NCBI GenBank assembly: GCA_040218735.1 | Contig: JAVJQW010000008.1 | Span: 288,001-352,000, forward strand | Source of the DNA: Deltaproteobacteria bacterium | GTDB lineage: Bacteria; Myxococcota; Kuafuiibacteriia; Kuafuiibacteriales; Kuafuiibacteriaceae | Direction: 5' to 3' | DNA: 64,000 nt | Shown: one piece after another, positions 45,231-55,125 of the stretch | Position numbering within the stretch: position 1 is the stretch's first letter | Layout of the letters: every line of letters starts with the position of its first letter | Program-made: the position numbers and the translations under genes | Notes under the pieces: model-generated | The model's database searches: none | Seen by the model: only the letters and a program-made list of their open reading frames with translations | Told to the model about the DNA's origin: nothing

Positions 45231-46586
45231 TTGGCTCGAAATCTCGCCGGGCGCCCCCTGCTTCGATGGGTCGCGCTCCTCTTCCTCCTCAGCCCTGCGT
45301 CTCGCGCGTACTCCGCGGCGCCCGCCGAGAGCGTCGCGATGCCCGACTTCTCGATATCGGGTGTCGACGAAACCGAAGCGGAGTCGCTCAACAGCGCGTT
45401 GCTCGGCGTCGCGGCGACCGCGGTCTCGGCGACGAAACGTACGCTCATCACCGCCGCGGATCTTCGGTCGCTGATCGACCACGAGTACAAGAAGTCGGTC
45501 CTGAAGTGTGAGTCGGACGAAGCGTGTCTGTCCGAGATCGCAGGTGCGCTCGGTGCGGACCTCCTCCTTCAGGGGAGCGTCGGCAAGGTCGAGAGCACCT
45601 ACAGCCTGTCGCTGGTCCTGCTCGACACACGAAGCGCGAGTGTCGTCCGCCGATTCCAAGGGACGGCGGGATCGAGCCGCGCCTTGTTCCTCACCGTCGA
45701 GCGGGGCGTGCAGGAGCTCTTCGACGAACACGCCCGGACCGCGCGCTCGGGGCTGGTGCTGGTGAAGACCACCCCCCCGGGCGCGTCGATCTTCATCGAC
45801 GGCGAGCGCGTGGGCGTATCGCCCTTCAACGCGGAGATCGATCTCGGTGAGCACGAAGTTCGCGCGGAGCTCGGCGAGCTCGCGGGCTCGGAGATCGTGT
45901 TCGTGGAACCGCAGGGCGTCACGCGCGTGCAGCTCGACTTGAAACAACCGCTGGTCGAGGCGCTCTTCCTCTCGGACCCGCCCGAGGCGCGCGTGTACAT
46001 CGATGGCGCCTACGCGGGGGAGACGCCGCTGCGCGTTCGTGAGCTGCGGTCGGGCGAACGCGAGGTCGTCGTCGAGCTCGACGGGTACCTCACGGACCGA
46101 CGCCAGATGGCGGTCTCGCGTGCGGAGTACGAGCTGCGCGGTCGCGAGCCGTTCCGGCACGAGGTCGAGCTGAAGCGTCGGTGGCCGGTCGAGCCCGGGA
46201 TCGGGATCGGCATGATCGGCACCGCCTCCAAACCGAGCGACGGGCTCGGGTTGTACGTCGACCTCACCGCGGATATCTGGGACTGGCTCCAGCTCGCCGT
46301 CGGCTACGTCAACCCGACCGCGTGGACCGCGGGGGCGCGGGTGTTCGTCCTGCGCGAGTCGTTCGAGTTGGGTGTCGTCGCGCGGGGCATCGCCTTTCGA
46401 CGTCGCGCCGTCGAAGACGACGGTCCATTCCAGCCGGCCGTCGAGGGTGGGCTTTCCGCCGGCTACGTGTTGCGCACCCCCGCGGGTCGAGTCGGCGTGC
46501 GCATCGAGCCGACGGTCTCTTTGGACATCGAGCGGCGGCGAGTCGCGTTCCCCGTGATCGCCGCGATGACTTGGGCGTTGCGATGA
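45231..46586 (+). CDS. PEGA domain protein
   Basis: Two PPGA/PPEA.VxIDG...GxxP repeats; signal peptide; C-terminal beta strands. Confidence 0.8.
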   Translation: MARNLAGRPLLRWVALLFLLSPASRAYSAAPAESVAMPDFSISGVDETEAESLNSALLGVAATAVSATKRTLITAADLRSLIDHEYKKSVLKCESDEACLSEIAGALGADLLLQGSVGKVESTYSLSLVLLDTRSASVVRRFQGTAGSSRALFLTVERGVQELFDEHARTARSGLVLVKTTPPGASIFIDGERVGVSPFNAEIDLGEHEVRAELGELAGSEIVFVEPQGVTRVQLDLKQPLVEALFLSDPPEARVYIDGAYAGETPLRVRELRSGEREVVVELDGYLTDRRQMAVSRAEYELRGREPFRHEVELKRRWPVEPGIGIGMIGTASKPSDGLGLYVDLTADIWDWLQLAVGYVNPTAWTAGARVFVLRESFELGVVARGIAFRRRAVEDDGPFQPAVEGGLSAGYVLRTPAGRVGVRIEPTVSLDIERRRVAFPVIAAMTWALR

Positions 46587-46613
46587 ACGTGCGAATGAAC
46601 CTGGCGCTGTGCC

Positions 46614-48908
46614 GTGATGTCGATGACCGCGGCGTGCCTCGAGTACGCCCCGTACGATCGATCCGTGTGTGCGGACGACGGGATCTACGACGTGGGAGGC
46701 GGTCAGCTCGCGCCGAACCGCTTCGACGAGCTCCTCGACGGGTGTCGCATCATCGAAGGGTCCGTGACGATCGACGCGACCGTCGAATCCACGGCGCCGT
46801 TCGTGAACATCGAAGAGATCCGCGGGAACCTGCGCGTGAGTGGTGCGGCGCTGGAGCGCCTGGACGACTTCGCCAAGCTCGTCCGGGTGACGGGGGCGCT
46901 CCAGATCCGTTCGAACGACGACCTCGTCACGTTGTCGCTCCCGAACCTCGTCGAGGTGGGGTCGATGGTCATCGCGACGAATCGGCGACTGGTCGAGGTC
47001 GATTTCCCACGTCTCGAACAGGTGGTGGCGGAAGGCGTGCCTGCGATCGCGTTCGATGAAAATGCGATGCTGGAGACGATCGGCGGGTTCGAAGCGCTCG
47101 AACGCGTGGTGGCGACGGACACGATCTTCGTCGAGAACCACGCTCGACTCCGTCGTATCGAGGGCTTCGCAGCGCTGACCGCGCTGGAGGGGAGGCTCGA
47201 GCTCAAGCAGCTCCCGTTGCTCACCGAGATCACGGCGTTCACCGCGCGTCCGTCGGGCGTGGTGTCGCTGACGTTCGTGGACACCGGCTTCCCCGGCTGT
47301 GAGCTCGACGGGCTCCTCGACGTCCTCTCGCTGTCGCCCTCCCAGGTGTTCACGGATCTCGATTGTCGCCTCGCGTTCTCGGAGACGCTCCCCGCGACGG
47401 TGCAGGCGAACGATGACCTCGACCTCGAGTGGGTGGTGGATGGGTTGCCGTCGTCGTCGACGCTCACGCTCACGATCGAATCGATCGATGGCGTCGACGT
47501 CGTGCCGCTCGCGCTGAGCTCGACCGGTCTCACGTTCCGGACGCCGAATCGCTCCGAGACGCTCCGGTTCGAGCTCATGGGCACGTGGGACGACCGGACG
47601 CTGAGCGACGTCTACGAGGCGTTCGTGGATCCGAACTTCGTCGATCTGCCGCCCCACATCGTCGCGGTCGACACGGCGACCGTCGTCGCGGGGTTCGAGC
47701 TCCCGCTGAACATCACCGTCACGGATCCCAACGAGGAGGACGTCGTCACGTTGACCGCGTCCTCCGAGAACGGCGGAACCGTCACGAAGGTCTCCGAGAC
47801 GTCGTGGGTGTATCAGGCGCCGGATGCGTTCCGCGGCGTCGACAACGTGACCTTCGTGGCGCAGTCCAACGCGTTGATGGACACCCACCGGATCGCGGTG
47901 ACCAATCTGCACGCCGAAGTCGTACCAACCGCCTCCACGCCGGGACGCGGCCTCGCCCTGGACCAGGCCGCGCGGCGCCTGGTCTACGTCACGGATCGCG
48001 CAGTCGTACGGCGCGAGGTCGCCGACGGGCTGACGCGGAGCTACGAGCACTTCTCCTTCGTCGCTCCTCGAATTCCGTCGGCCTCCGCGGACGCGAACAA
48101 GGTCGTGTTCGTCGCCGACCGCAACGGAGAGGCGGAGGTGTTCATCGTCGACTTCGAGGCGGTCTCCCACGAGGTCATCAGCGTGGGGCCCTTCGAGACG
48201 TATGACTTCGGCCACGAAATCCGGCCGAACGGAAACAGCGCCGTGCTCTCGCTCAGCGCGAAGGGCGGGCCGATGGGTGTCTACACCTGGCTGCCCACGC
48301 TGGCCGAACGCTCGATGGGCGGCGATTGCCGTGGGGGAGTCTCGACCAATGACCTCGGTCGCATCGTCTACGCCACAGACGCCGCGGAGCTCGATGACGG
48401 CGTAGGGGGCATCGTTCTCCTCGGGGCCCGCATCGACAGGCCCGTTGGGTTCACGGGACCGCCCACCTCCGGGGGCTTCTTCCCGTCGATGTCCAGCGAC
48501 GGGATGGCCATCGCCTTTGCCTCGCGCGCGCGCCTCGTCGGCAATCTCCCCGAAGACGGGGCCACTCGCGTCTACTTCTGGCTGCGCAGGATGGGGCGAC
48601 CGGACCTGCTGACGCGTGTCACCATCGCCGAGGTCGACACGCCTCGCGACCTCGAGCTCACGTCGGATGGCTCGACCATCATCGTGCGCACCACGACGCG
48701 CATCGACGACACCGTCGACACGGACGACGCGCCCGATCTCTACCGCTTCGTCATCCCCGAGGACCCGCTCGCGGGGTCCTGGACCCCGGAGCTCCTCACG
48801 CACGCGCAGACGGGCATCGACCGCATCGACGACTTCGCGGTCGACGCGACGGGGCGGCGGTTCGTGGTGCGGGACGGCGAAGACCTTTGGCTGGTCTCCG
48901 CCTGGTGA
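46614..48908 (+). CDS. Receptor-L-domain / Ig-like / TolB-like propeller surface lipoprotein (5' end probably frameshifted; true start 46583)
   Basis: GCRIIEGSVTI, L..VTGALQI..N..L repeats; PSMSSDG.AIAFAS; lipobox TAAC. Confidence 0.7.
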   Translation: MMSMTAACLEYAPYDRSVCADDGIYDVGGGQLAPNRFDELLDGCRIIEGSVTIDATVESTAPFVNIEEIRGNLRVSGAALERLDDFAKLVRVTGALQIRSNDDLVTLSLPNLVEVGSMVIATNRRLVEVDFPRLEQVVAEGVPAIAFDENAMLETIGGFEALERVVATDTIFVENHARLRRIEGFAALTALEGRLELKQLPLLTEITAFTARPSGVVSLTFVDTGFPGCELDGLLDVLSLSPSQVFTDLDCRLAFSETLPATVQANDDLDLEWVVDGLPSSSTLTLTIESIDGVDVVPLALSSTGLTFRTPNRSETLRFELMGTWDDRTLSDVYEAFVDPNFVDLPPHIVAVDTATVVAGFELPLNITVTDPNEEDVVTLTASSENGGTVTKVSETSWVYQAPDAFRGVDNVTFVAQSNALMDTHRIAVTNLHAEVVPTASTPGRGLALDQAARRLVYVTDRAVVRREVADGLTRSYEHFSFVAPRIPSASADANKVVFVADRNGEAEVFIVDFEAVSHEVISVGPFETYDFGHEIRPNGNSAVLSLSAKGGPMGVYTWLPTLAERSMGGDCRGGVSTNDLGRIVYATDAAELDDGVGGIVLLGARIDRPVGFTGPPTSGGFFPSMSSDGMAIAFASRARLVGNLPEDGATRVYFWLRRMGRPDLLTRVTIAEVDTPRDLELTSDGSTIIVRTTTRIDDTVDTDDAPDLYRFVIPEDPLAGSWTPELLTHAQTGIDRIDDFAVDATGRRFVVRDGEDLWLVSAW

Positions 48909-48914
48909 CGCGGG

Positions 48915-51098
48915 TCAGTAGCAGAAGCTGATGATCGCGCTCGTGGGCGAAGCGGTGCTCGGCTGCCACGTGCCCATCTGCGAGACGCTGTTCCAGTTGA
49001 TGTAACCTGCCGTCCAGTACTGGTTGTTCGTCAGCGGCTGGCTGACGGTCGCGACGACCATGCCGCGGATGGCGATCTGCACGGTGGGCGTAACGGCGCC
49101 GTTGCCGCGGTCGTTGAAGAGGTGGACGACGACTCGATACTGGCCGTCCTCCGCGACGCTCAGGTTGATGTTCTCGGGGCCGGGGCCGAACAGGTCGTCG
49201 CGGTCCAGGAACGGGTTGTCCTGCGGCACGCCGGCGACACCCCAGTCGGGGTTCGTGTTGCAGAAGCAGTTGTCGCCGGGGGCGTCGAAGAGCAGGCCGC
49301 CGCCGGGGCGGATCAGGTGCAGGTCGACGTCGTGGTTCATGCCCGGCCACGTCAGCGTGATCGAGATGTCCGTGAGCGACGGCGGCGGCGGGTCGGTCGT
49401 CGCGCTGATCGGGACGTTCACGTTGCCGCCCGGATCGTTCGACTGGATCTCCAGCGTCCCGGTGTACGAGGCGACCACGCCGTTGTCGAAGTAGTCGACG
49501 TTGAACATCGTCGACGCGCCGGGGTTGAGCGACGTCATCGCGGCCGGCGGGGAAGGCAACGTGAAGCGGCCGCCCGCGTTGTTCGTGAGGCGCACCAGGT
49601 TGAGCACGAGCGGCGCGGTGCCGTCGTTGCGGACCAGCACCGAGCGCGACGCCTGCGTCCCGCGCGGCACGCCGCCGAACGCGATCGGGTTCGGGCTCAC
49701 GAAGATCGCGGGGAGCGCCTGCATCGTACCTTCGCCGGTGATCGGGACGCGCACGGTGGGCGTCGTCGGGTCGTTGCTCCGCACCACGACCTCCGCGGCC
49801 GGCGCGATGCCGACCTGCGTCGGCGCGAACTCGACCTGGAACGTCGACAGGTCCATCGGCCGCAGCGCCGTGCCGGAGGTCGGCGCGTTCACGAGCGTGT
49901 ACGGCGTGCCCATCGGCTCGATCGTCACGTCCTGCGAGAGCATCAGATCCGCGGTGCCGAGGTTCGACACCGTGAGGTTGAGTTGGCGCGTCTGCGCGAC
50001 TTCGACCGCGCCGAACGCGAGTGACGTCGGCGAGACGTCCACGCGCGGCGTCGGCGCGATGTCCGCGGTGCCGTTGATCGCGACCTGAACAGGCTGCGGC
50101 GCGCCCGTCGACTGCACCCGCACCTGATCCATGTGCGGCGTGTCGTTCTGCGGCGCGTACGTGACGTCGACCTGCATCGAAGCACCCGCGAGGATCGTGT
50201 ACGGCGCGGTCGCGGTCGTCGTGAGCGAGAACTGCGGCGTCATCGTCGTGTTGCTGGAGACGAAGACGAGCTCGGTGATGTCGTGGTCGACGTCGCCGAT
50301 GTTGCGGATGAAGAACGGCTGCGTGCGCGTCTCGCCGACGTAGAGGCTCGAGAACGAGAGCGTCAGCGGCTCGACGACGATGTCCGTGTCGACGCCTTCG
50401 CCGCGCACGTTCACCGCGAGCGCTTCGGCGCGCGGTGAGTTGTCGAGGATGGTGATCGTCGCCATGTCCGGCCCGACGTCGGTCGGCGCGTAGGAGACCG
50501 GCAGATCGACCGACGCACCCGGCGCGAGCTCCACGCGTCCGAGCGTCGAGCTCACCTCCATCGTCCCCGCCGTCATCGCGCGCAGGAGCGTGACCGGGCG
50601 ATCGGAGCGGTTCGTCAGCGCGACGGTCGCGCTCACGGTGCGGCCGACGAGCACACGACCGAAGTCGACCGTCGCCGGCGACGCGACGATCGCGGGCTCG
50701 ACGCCGCGCCCCTTCACCGGGACGACGACCGTCTTCTCCTGGGGCGAGTCGGTCTCGAACGTGATCGTGCCTTCGCGAAGGCCGGGGCTCGTCGGCACGA
50801 ACGTGAGCGTCGCGCCGTGTTTGGCGCCGGCGCCCAACGCAGGCGGGATCTCGGAGAGCGTGAACTCACCGGCGAGTGAGTCCGACAGCGTCACCGACAT
50901 GATGTCGAGCGGGACGGAGCCGGGGTTCGTGAGCTCGAGGTCGGCGGTGTACGAGACGCCGACGGCGGCGTCGCCGAAGTCGACGGCTTCGGGATCGACG
51001 ATGAGGACCGCGTCACCACGGGCGACGACGAATTCCTCCTCACAGGCGAGGGCGCTCGCGGCGAGGAGGAGCGCCACGGTCACGAGAGTGCGGTTCAT
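48915..51098 (-). CDS. Choice-of-anchor D (ASH/Ig-like) repeat lipoprotein with C-terminal YfaP-like domain
   Basis: About five P..(V/L/I)xF...V...N.G repeats; LTW....DVDLHL and GPGPENI; lipobox ALAC. Confidence 0.75.
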   Translation of the reverse strand: MNRTLVTVALLLAASALACEEEFVVARGDAVLIVDPEAVDFGDAAVGVSYTADLELTNPGSVPLDIMSVTLSDSLAGEFTLSEIPPALGAGAKHGATLTFVPTSPGLREGTITFETDSPQEKTVVVPVKGRGVEPAIVASPATVDFGRVLVGRTVSATVALTNRSDRPVTLLRAMTAGTMEVSSTLGRVELAPGASVDLPVSYAPTDVGPDMATITILDNSPRAEALAVNVRGEGVDTDIVVEPLTLSFSSLYVGETRTQPFFIRNIGDVDHDITELVFVSSNTTMTPQFSLTTTATAPYTILAGASMQVDVTYAPQNDTPHMDQVRVQSTGAPQPVQVAINGTADIAPTPRVDVSPTSLAFGAVEVAQTRQLNLTVSNLGTADLMLSQDVTIEPMGTPYTLVNAPTSGTALRPMDLSTFQVEFAPTQVGIAPAAEVVVRSNDPTTPTVRVPITGEGTMQALPAIFVSPNPIAFGGVPRGTQASRSVLVRNDGTAPLVLNLVRLTNNAGGRFTLPSPPAAMTSLNPGASTMFNVDYFDNGVVASYTGTLEIQSNDPGGNVNVPISATTDPPPPSLTDISITLTWPGMNHDVDLHLIRPGGGLLFDAPGDNCFCNTNPDWGVAGVPQDNPFLDRDDLFGPGPENINLSVAEDGQYRVVVHLFNDRGNGAVTPTVQIAIRGMVVATVSQPLTNNQYWTAGYINWNSVSQMGTWQPSTASPTSAIISFCY

Positions 51099-51238
51099 CC
51101 GACGCAAACTAGAAAACTCACCGAATTGCGGCATCGGACCTCTGTCGGGGGTCTGGGGTAGGACCCTATAACCGCGGGGAGGTGTGGACAGGTGCGCACG
51201 GCTTGACGGCGAGGGCATCCGTTTGGAAAGTGCGCGCC

Positions 51239-51910
51239 ATGATAACGGTTCGGACCTCGATCCTCGCATTCGCCGCCGTGGCGCTGTTTGCCTGTAAGGA
51301 CGGCGCGGCGGGCGAAGGTGACCCGAAGACCGCGAGCAAGGCGATGGATCTGAAGGATCCTTCGACGCTCACCGCGAAAGCCCCCGACACGTACACGGTG
51401 AAGCTGAAGACCACCAAGGGCGACGTCCTGATCGACGTGACGCGCGCCTGGGCGCCGCTCGGCGCTGACCGCTTCTACAACCTCGTGAAGGCCGGGTTCT
51501 ACGATGACACCGCGTTCTTCCGCGTGATCCCCGGGTTCATGGCGCAGATCGGCATCCACGGTGACCCCGCCATCGCCGAGGCCTGGCGCGCCGCGCGCAT
51601 CCAGGACGACCCGGTGAAGGAGTCGAACACCCGCGGCATGGTGTCGTTCGCCACCGCCGGCCCGAACACCCGCACGACGCAGTTCTTCATCAACTTCGGG
51701 AACAACGCGCGCCTCGACGGGATGGGCTTCGCCCCGATCGGGAAGGTCCGCAACATGGAGATCGTCGACAAGCTCCACGGCGGCTACGGCGAAGGCGCGC
51801 CGCGCGGGAAGGGCCCGAACCAGGGCCGACTCAACCGCGAGGGCAACACGTACCTGAAGGCGGACTTCCCGGAGCTCGACTACATCGAGAAGGCGACGAT
51901 CGAAGGCTGA
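51239..51910 (+). CDS. Cyclophilin-type peptidyl-prolyl isomerase (lipoprotein)
   Basis: FFRVIPGFMAQIG, SFATAGPNTRTTQFFIN; lipobox LFAC. Confidence 0.92.
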   Translation: MITVRTSILAFAAVALFACKDGAAGEGDPKTASKAMDLKDPSTLTAKAPDTYTVKLKTTKGDVLIDVTRAWAPLGADRFYNLVKAGFYDDTAFFRVIPGFMAQIGIHGDPAIAEAWRAARIQDDPVKESNTRGMVSFATAGPNTRTTQFFINFGNNARLDGMGFAPIGKVRNMEIVDKLHGGYGEGAPRGKGPNQGRLNREGNTYLKADFPELDYIEKATIEG

Positions 51911-51911
51911 C

Positions 51912-52436
51912 ATGAGCAGCCCCCCGCGGTCGGCCGAAGTCGAAGAACGCGCCCGGCGCGTCAAAGCGCTGTTCATGGACGTCGATGGCGTCCTGACGGA
52001 CGGGCGCGTCCAGTACCTCGCCGACGGCAGCGAGCTGAAGTCGTTCCACGTGCGCGACGGGCTCGGCATCAAGCTGATGCGCGTGGCGGACTGCCGCGTC
52101 GCGTTCATCTCGGGGCGCACCAGCCCCGCCGTGCAGCGCCGCGGCGAAGAGCTCGGCGTGGACGCGATGTTCCTCGGCATCGAGGACAAGAACGGCGCGT
52201 ATGACGCACTCCTCGAACAGTTCGGCATCACCGAGGACGAGGTCGCTTATGTAGGAGACGACCTCCCCGATCTCGACGTCCTCCGACGTTCAGGGTTGTC
52301 GTTCGCGGTCGCGGACGCCGCGCCGGAGGTCAGGAGCGCCGCGCACGTCGTGTTGCGAACCAGCGGCGGGCAGGGTGCCGTTCGGGAGGCGTGTGAGCGT
52401 ATCCTCAAGGCGAAGGGAGCCTGGCGCATCGATTGA
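51912..52436 (+). CDS. kdsC: KDO8P phosphatase (HAD)
   Basis: MDVDGVLTDG, FHVRDGLGI, YVGDDLPD, GGQGAVRE. Confidence 0.92.
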   Translation: MSSPPRSAEVEERARRVKALFMDVDGVLTDGRVQYLADGSELKSFHVRDGLGIKLMRVADCRVAFISGRTSPAVQRRGEELGVDAMFLGIEDKNGAYDALLEQFGITEDEVAYVGDDLPDLDVLRRSGLSFAVADAAPEVRSAAHVVLRTSGGQGAVREACERILKAKGAWRID

Positions 52437-52460
52437 TGCGACACTAGGCCGCGCCGACGC

Positions 52461-53165
52461 ATGTCGTGGTGGCGAGACATCCTGCGCGTGTTGGGTCTGA
52501 CGACCGACGCACGCGTGCACATCAGCGCGCCGGACATCGAGGTCGTGCTGACCGGAGATCCCGAGCTCGTCCGGACGCTGCTGCCCGTCGTCAAACACGA
52601 GCTGGAGCAGCTGCACGCGCCGGGGCGGAGACGTCGCCGCCGGCTCCCTTCGAACGAAGAGGAGATCGTGCGCCCCTCCGAGCTCGACGAGATGGACTCG
52701 CCGTACGCGCTGCCCGAGGCGCGCGTGCTCCCGGTCGGTGACAGTCAGATCACCGACGACGCGATCGTTCGCAGCGACACCCTCGACGAGCCCGCGACGC
52801 TGCGTCCGCCGACGGACGCCGAAGCCAACCTGCAGCAGCGACCGGCCGTCGGCCCCGCGGACTCGGACGACCGCCCCAAGCCGGAGGTCGTCGGGACGAA
52901 GCTCGAGTCGGATCCGCCCGACGAGGACGAGCCGGAACCCGAGGTCACGGCGGTCGCGCCGAACCCGAGCGGTCCGCAGGCGCTGCCGGCGAAAGAGAAG
53001 CCCATCCCCGAGCAAGCGACGGTCGAGGTGCACAGCCCGCCGCGCGGCACGCGGGCACCGAGCTTGAAGCGCAAAGGCTTCGTCAGCGACAGCGGCCCGA
53101 CGCTGATGCCCTCCGAGAGCGCGAGTGATCTGATCACCGACGAACGCCCCGACAGCGATCTCTGA
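52461..53165 (+). CDS. Hypothetical protein, largely disordered
   Basis: Natural-looking ORF with acidic Pro-rich C-terminus. Confidence 0.55.
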   Translation: MSWWRDILRVLGLTTDARVHISAPDIEVVLTGDPELVRTLLPVVKHELEQLHAPGRRRRRRLPSNEEEIVRPSELDEMDSPYALPEARVLPVGDSQITDDAIVRSDTLDEPATLRPPTDAEANLQQRPAVGPADSDDRPKPEVVGTKLESDPPDEDEPEPEVTAVAPNPSGPQALPAKEKPIPEQATVEVHSPPRGTRAPSLKRKGFVSDSGPTLMPSESASDLITDERPDSDL

Positions 53166-53238
53166 CGCCTCGTCACTCGCTTTGACAGGATGTCACGCGG
53201 ACCCGCGGCGCACGGGTTCGATGCGACGTCGCGCGGCC

Positions 53239-53254
53239 TGGCACACCTGTTGCG
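53239..53254 (+). promoter_or_regulatory. sigma54 promoter TGGCACACCTGTTGCG
   Basis: Consensus -24/-12; 13 nt upstream of GTG at 53268. Confidence 0.7.
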
Positions 53255-53267
53255 AATCGCCACGCTC

Positions 53268-54377
53268 GTGCGTGTGCTGTGGTGCCTCCCGATTCTGTTG
53301 CTCACTTCCAACGCGTGGGCGCTGACGGTCACGGGTGTCGAGCTCTCACTCGACGGTGCGCTCCTGACGTCCGAAGACCTCGACGGCCTCGTCAACGCCG
53401 CGCGCTGCACGTGTGAGGAGAAGGTCGACGCGACCTACACGTTCTCCGGGCTCGGGTCGGGCGGGGCGGTCGTGATCATGGCCGGCACGCGGTGCATCGA
53501 CAGCGACGAGCGGCTCGACGACTCCTGCACCGAGCTGTGGAGCGATCGCGTGCAGAACGTCAGCTCGTTCGAGTCGTTGACGTTTTCGATGAAGGAGCTC
53601 GCAGGGGGCTCCTGCTCCGGGACGGAGGCGACGCGAAGCCTGTTCGTGCTCGTCGACACCAACGACGAAGATCGATGGCAGGTGCTGCACGAGACCGCGT
53701 TCAGCATCGACACCGAGGCACCCGAGGCGCCGACGGGGACGGAGGTCGTCGCGGGGGAGGGGCTCGCGGAGGTCGTCTTCGAGGCGCCGGACGACGCGCC
53801 GACGACGACGCAGTACCAGGTGCTCTGCGACGCGAGCGGCGAGGCGGTGTTCACTTCCCCCGAGGACGCCGTGTTCGACTCGGCTGCGGATCGTTGTGAG
53901 GAGTCGGGGCCGCGCGAGGCGTTCGTCTGCGCGGAGTCGCAGCAGGGCTCGGCGAGTGTCACGGTGCTCGGGCTCGAGAACGGGACGGAGTACACGTTCT
54001 ACGTGGTGTCGGTCGACGACGCCGGCAACCCGAGCGCGATCGAGACGGTGGGGAAGGCGACGCCGTCGCCCGAAGAAGATCTGTGGGAGCGCTACAAACG
54101 GTCGGGCGGCATCGCGGACCCGGGACACTGCTTCGTCGCGACCGCGGCCTACGGTGACTACGACGATCCCACGGTGCGTTGGTTCCGTGTCTTTCGCGAC
54201 ACCCGCCTCGCCAAGTCGTCGTTCGGTCGCGACGTGATCGACACGTACTACGCGACGAGCCCACCCGCCGCGCGTCGGATCGCCGACGATCCGCTGTTTC
54301 GCGCGGCGGCGCGCGAGGTGTTGGCGCGGGTGCGCGACTTCGCGGTGGCGACGATGTTCGCCGGGGGTGCGCGATGA
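53268..54377 (+). CDS. Secreted FN3-containing protein with CFI-box-CTERM-like tail (MXAN_2561-like)
   Basis: Signal peptide ending AWA; GLENGTEYTFYVVSVDDAGN; CFVATAAYG...FRD...YYATSPP. Confidence 0.75.
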   Translation: MRVLWCLPILLLTSNAWALTVTGVELSLDGALLTSEDLDGLVNAARCTCEEKVDATYTFSGLGSGGAVVIMAGTRCIDSDERLDDSCTELWSDRVQNVSSFESLTFSMKELAGGSCSGTEATRSLFVLVDTNDEDRWQVLHETAFSIDTEAPEAPTGTEVVAGEGLAEVVFEAPDDAPTTTQYQVLCDASGEAVFTSPEDAVFDSAADRCEESGPREAFVCAESQQGSASVTVLGLENGTEYTFYVVSVDDAGNPSAIETVGKATPSPEEDLWERYKRSGGIADPGHCFVATAAYGDYDDPTVRWFRVFRDTRLAKSSFGRDVIDTYYATSPPAARRIADDPLFRAAAREVLARVRDFAVATMFAGGAR

Positions 54378-55090
54378 ACGCGTGGGTGTTGGTGTTGCTC
54401 GTCGCGCAGACTCCGAAGGCGGAGGCCGAGCGACCGTTCGTCCCTCCGACGCTGGTGTCGACGACCGTCGGCGTGAAGCTCGGCCCGTACCAGGCCGACA
54501 TCGACAGTGAGTTCGGGAGCGCGACGCCGCTCGGCGATCTCTTCAAGGACGACACGGGCATCTACGTGGTCCCGCAAGTTCGCTTGCTCCGCGACTTCGG
54601 CTTCTTCGGGCTCGGGGTGTCGGTGTCGGTCGGCTACACCCAACAATCGACCAAGGCCTTCGTGGACGACGGTGACGAGACTACACCGTCGTCGGGGACC
54701 GAGCTCAGCGGCGGGGAGACGAGCGTGCGTGTCATCCCCGTCGCTGCGCTGGGGGTCGTTCGGTTCCGCGGCGTGATGGAGTGGATCGGCCTACCGCTCA
54801 TCCCGTACGTGGAGGCGGGCCCGGCGTACGCGTTCTGGCGTATCGGAAAGGGCGACGGCAGCGCCGCGGCGAGCGGTGGGTCGCTGGGGTGGACGGTCAA
54901 CGCCGGCGTCGCGCTGCGGATCGACAGCTTCGAGCCGTTTGCCTCGAAGGCGCTCCGCGATCAGTTCGGCGTGCAGGGCACGGAGCTCACGTTCGAGTGG
55001 TCGCACTTGTCGGCGGATGGGTTCGGCTTGCAGGATGTCTTGCGCGTGGGTGACTCGACCTGGACGGCTGGTCTCGCGATCGGTTTTTGA
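54374..55090 (+). CDS. MXAN_2562-like outer-membrane beta-barrel protein
   Basis: LGPYQADIDSE, PLIPYVEAG, terminal GLAIGF; ATGA overlap with upstream gene. Confidence 0.7.
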   Translation: MNAWVLVLLVAQTPKAEAERPFVPPTLVSTTVGVKLGPYQADIDSEFGSATPLGDLFKDDTGIYVVPQVRLLRDFGFFGLGVSVSVGYTQQSTKAFVDDGDETTPSSGTELSGGETSVRVIPVAALGVVRFRGVMEWIGLPLIPYVEAGPAYAFWRIGKGDGSAAASGGSLGWTVNAGVALRIDSFEPFASKALRDQFGVQGTELTFEWSHLSADGFGLQDVLRVGDSTWTAGLAIGF

Positions 55091-55125
55091 GCACGCCCGA
55101 ATCGCGGTAGGGTCCCGCGCTGAAG

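Noticed and set aside
45174-48803. 1209-aa minus-strand ORF and similar long ORFs (19133-22180+, 15180-17567+, 55930-58392+, 43091-45184+)
   Set aside because: Antisense or alternative-frame shadows of real genes, expected at high GC; Arg-rich and motif-free
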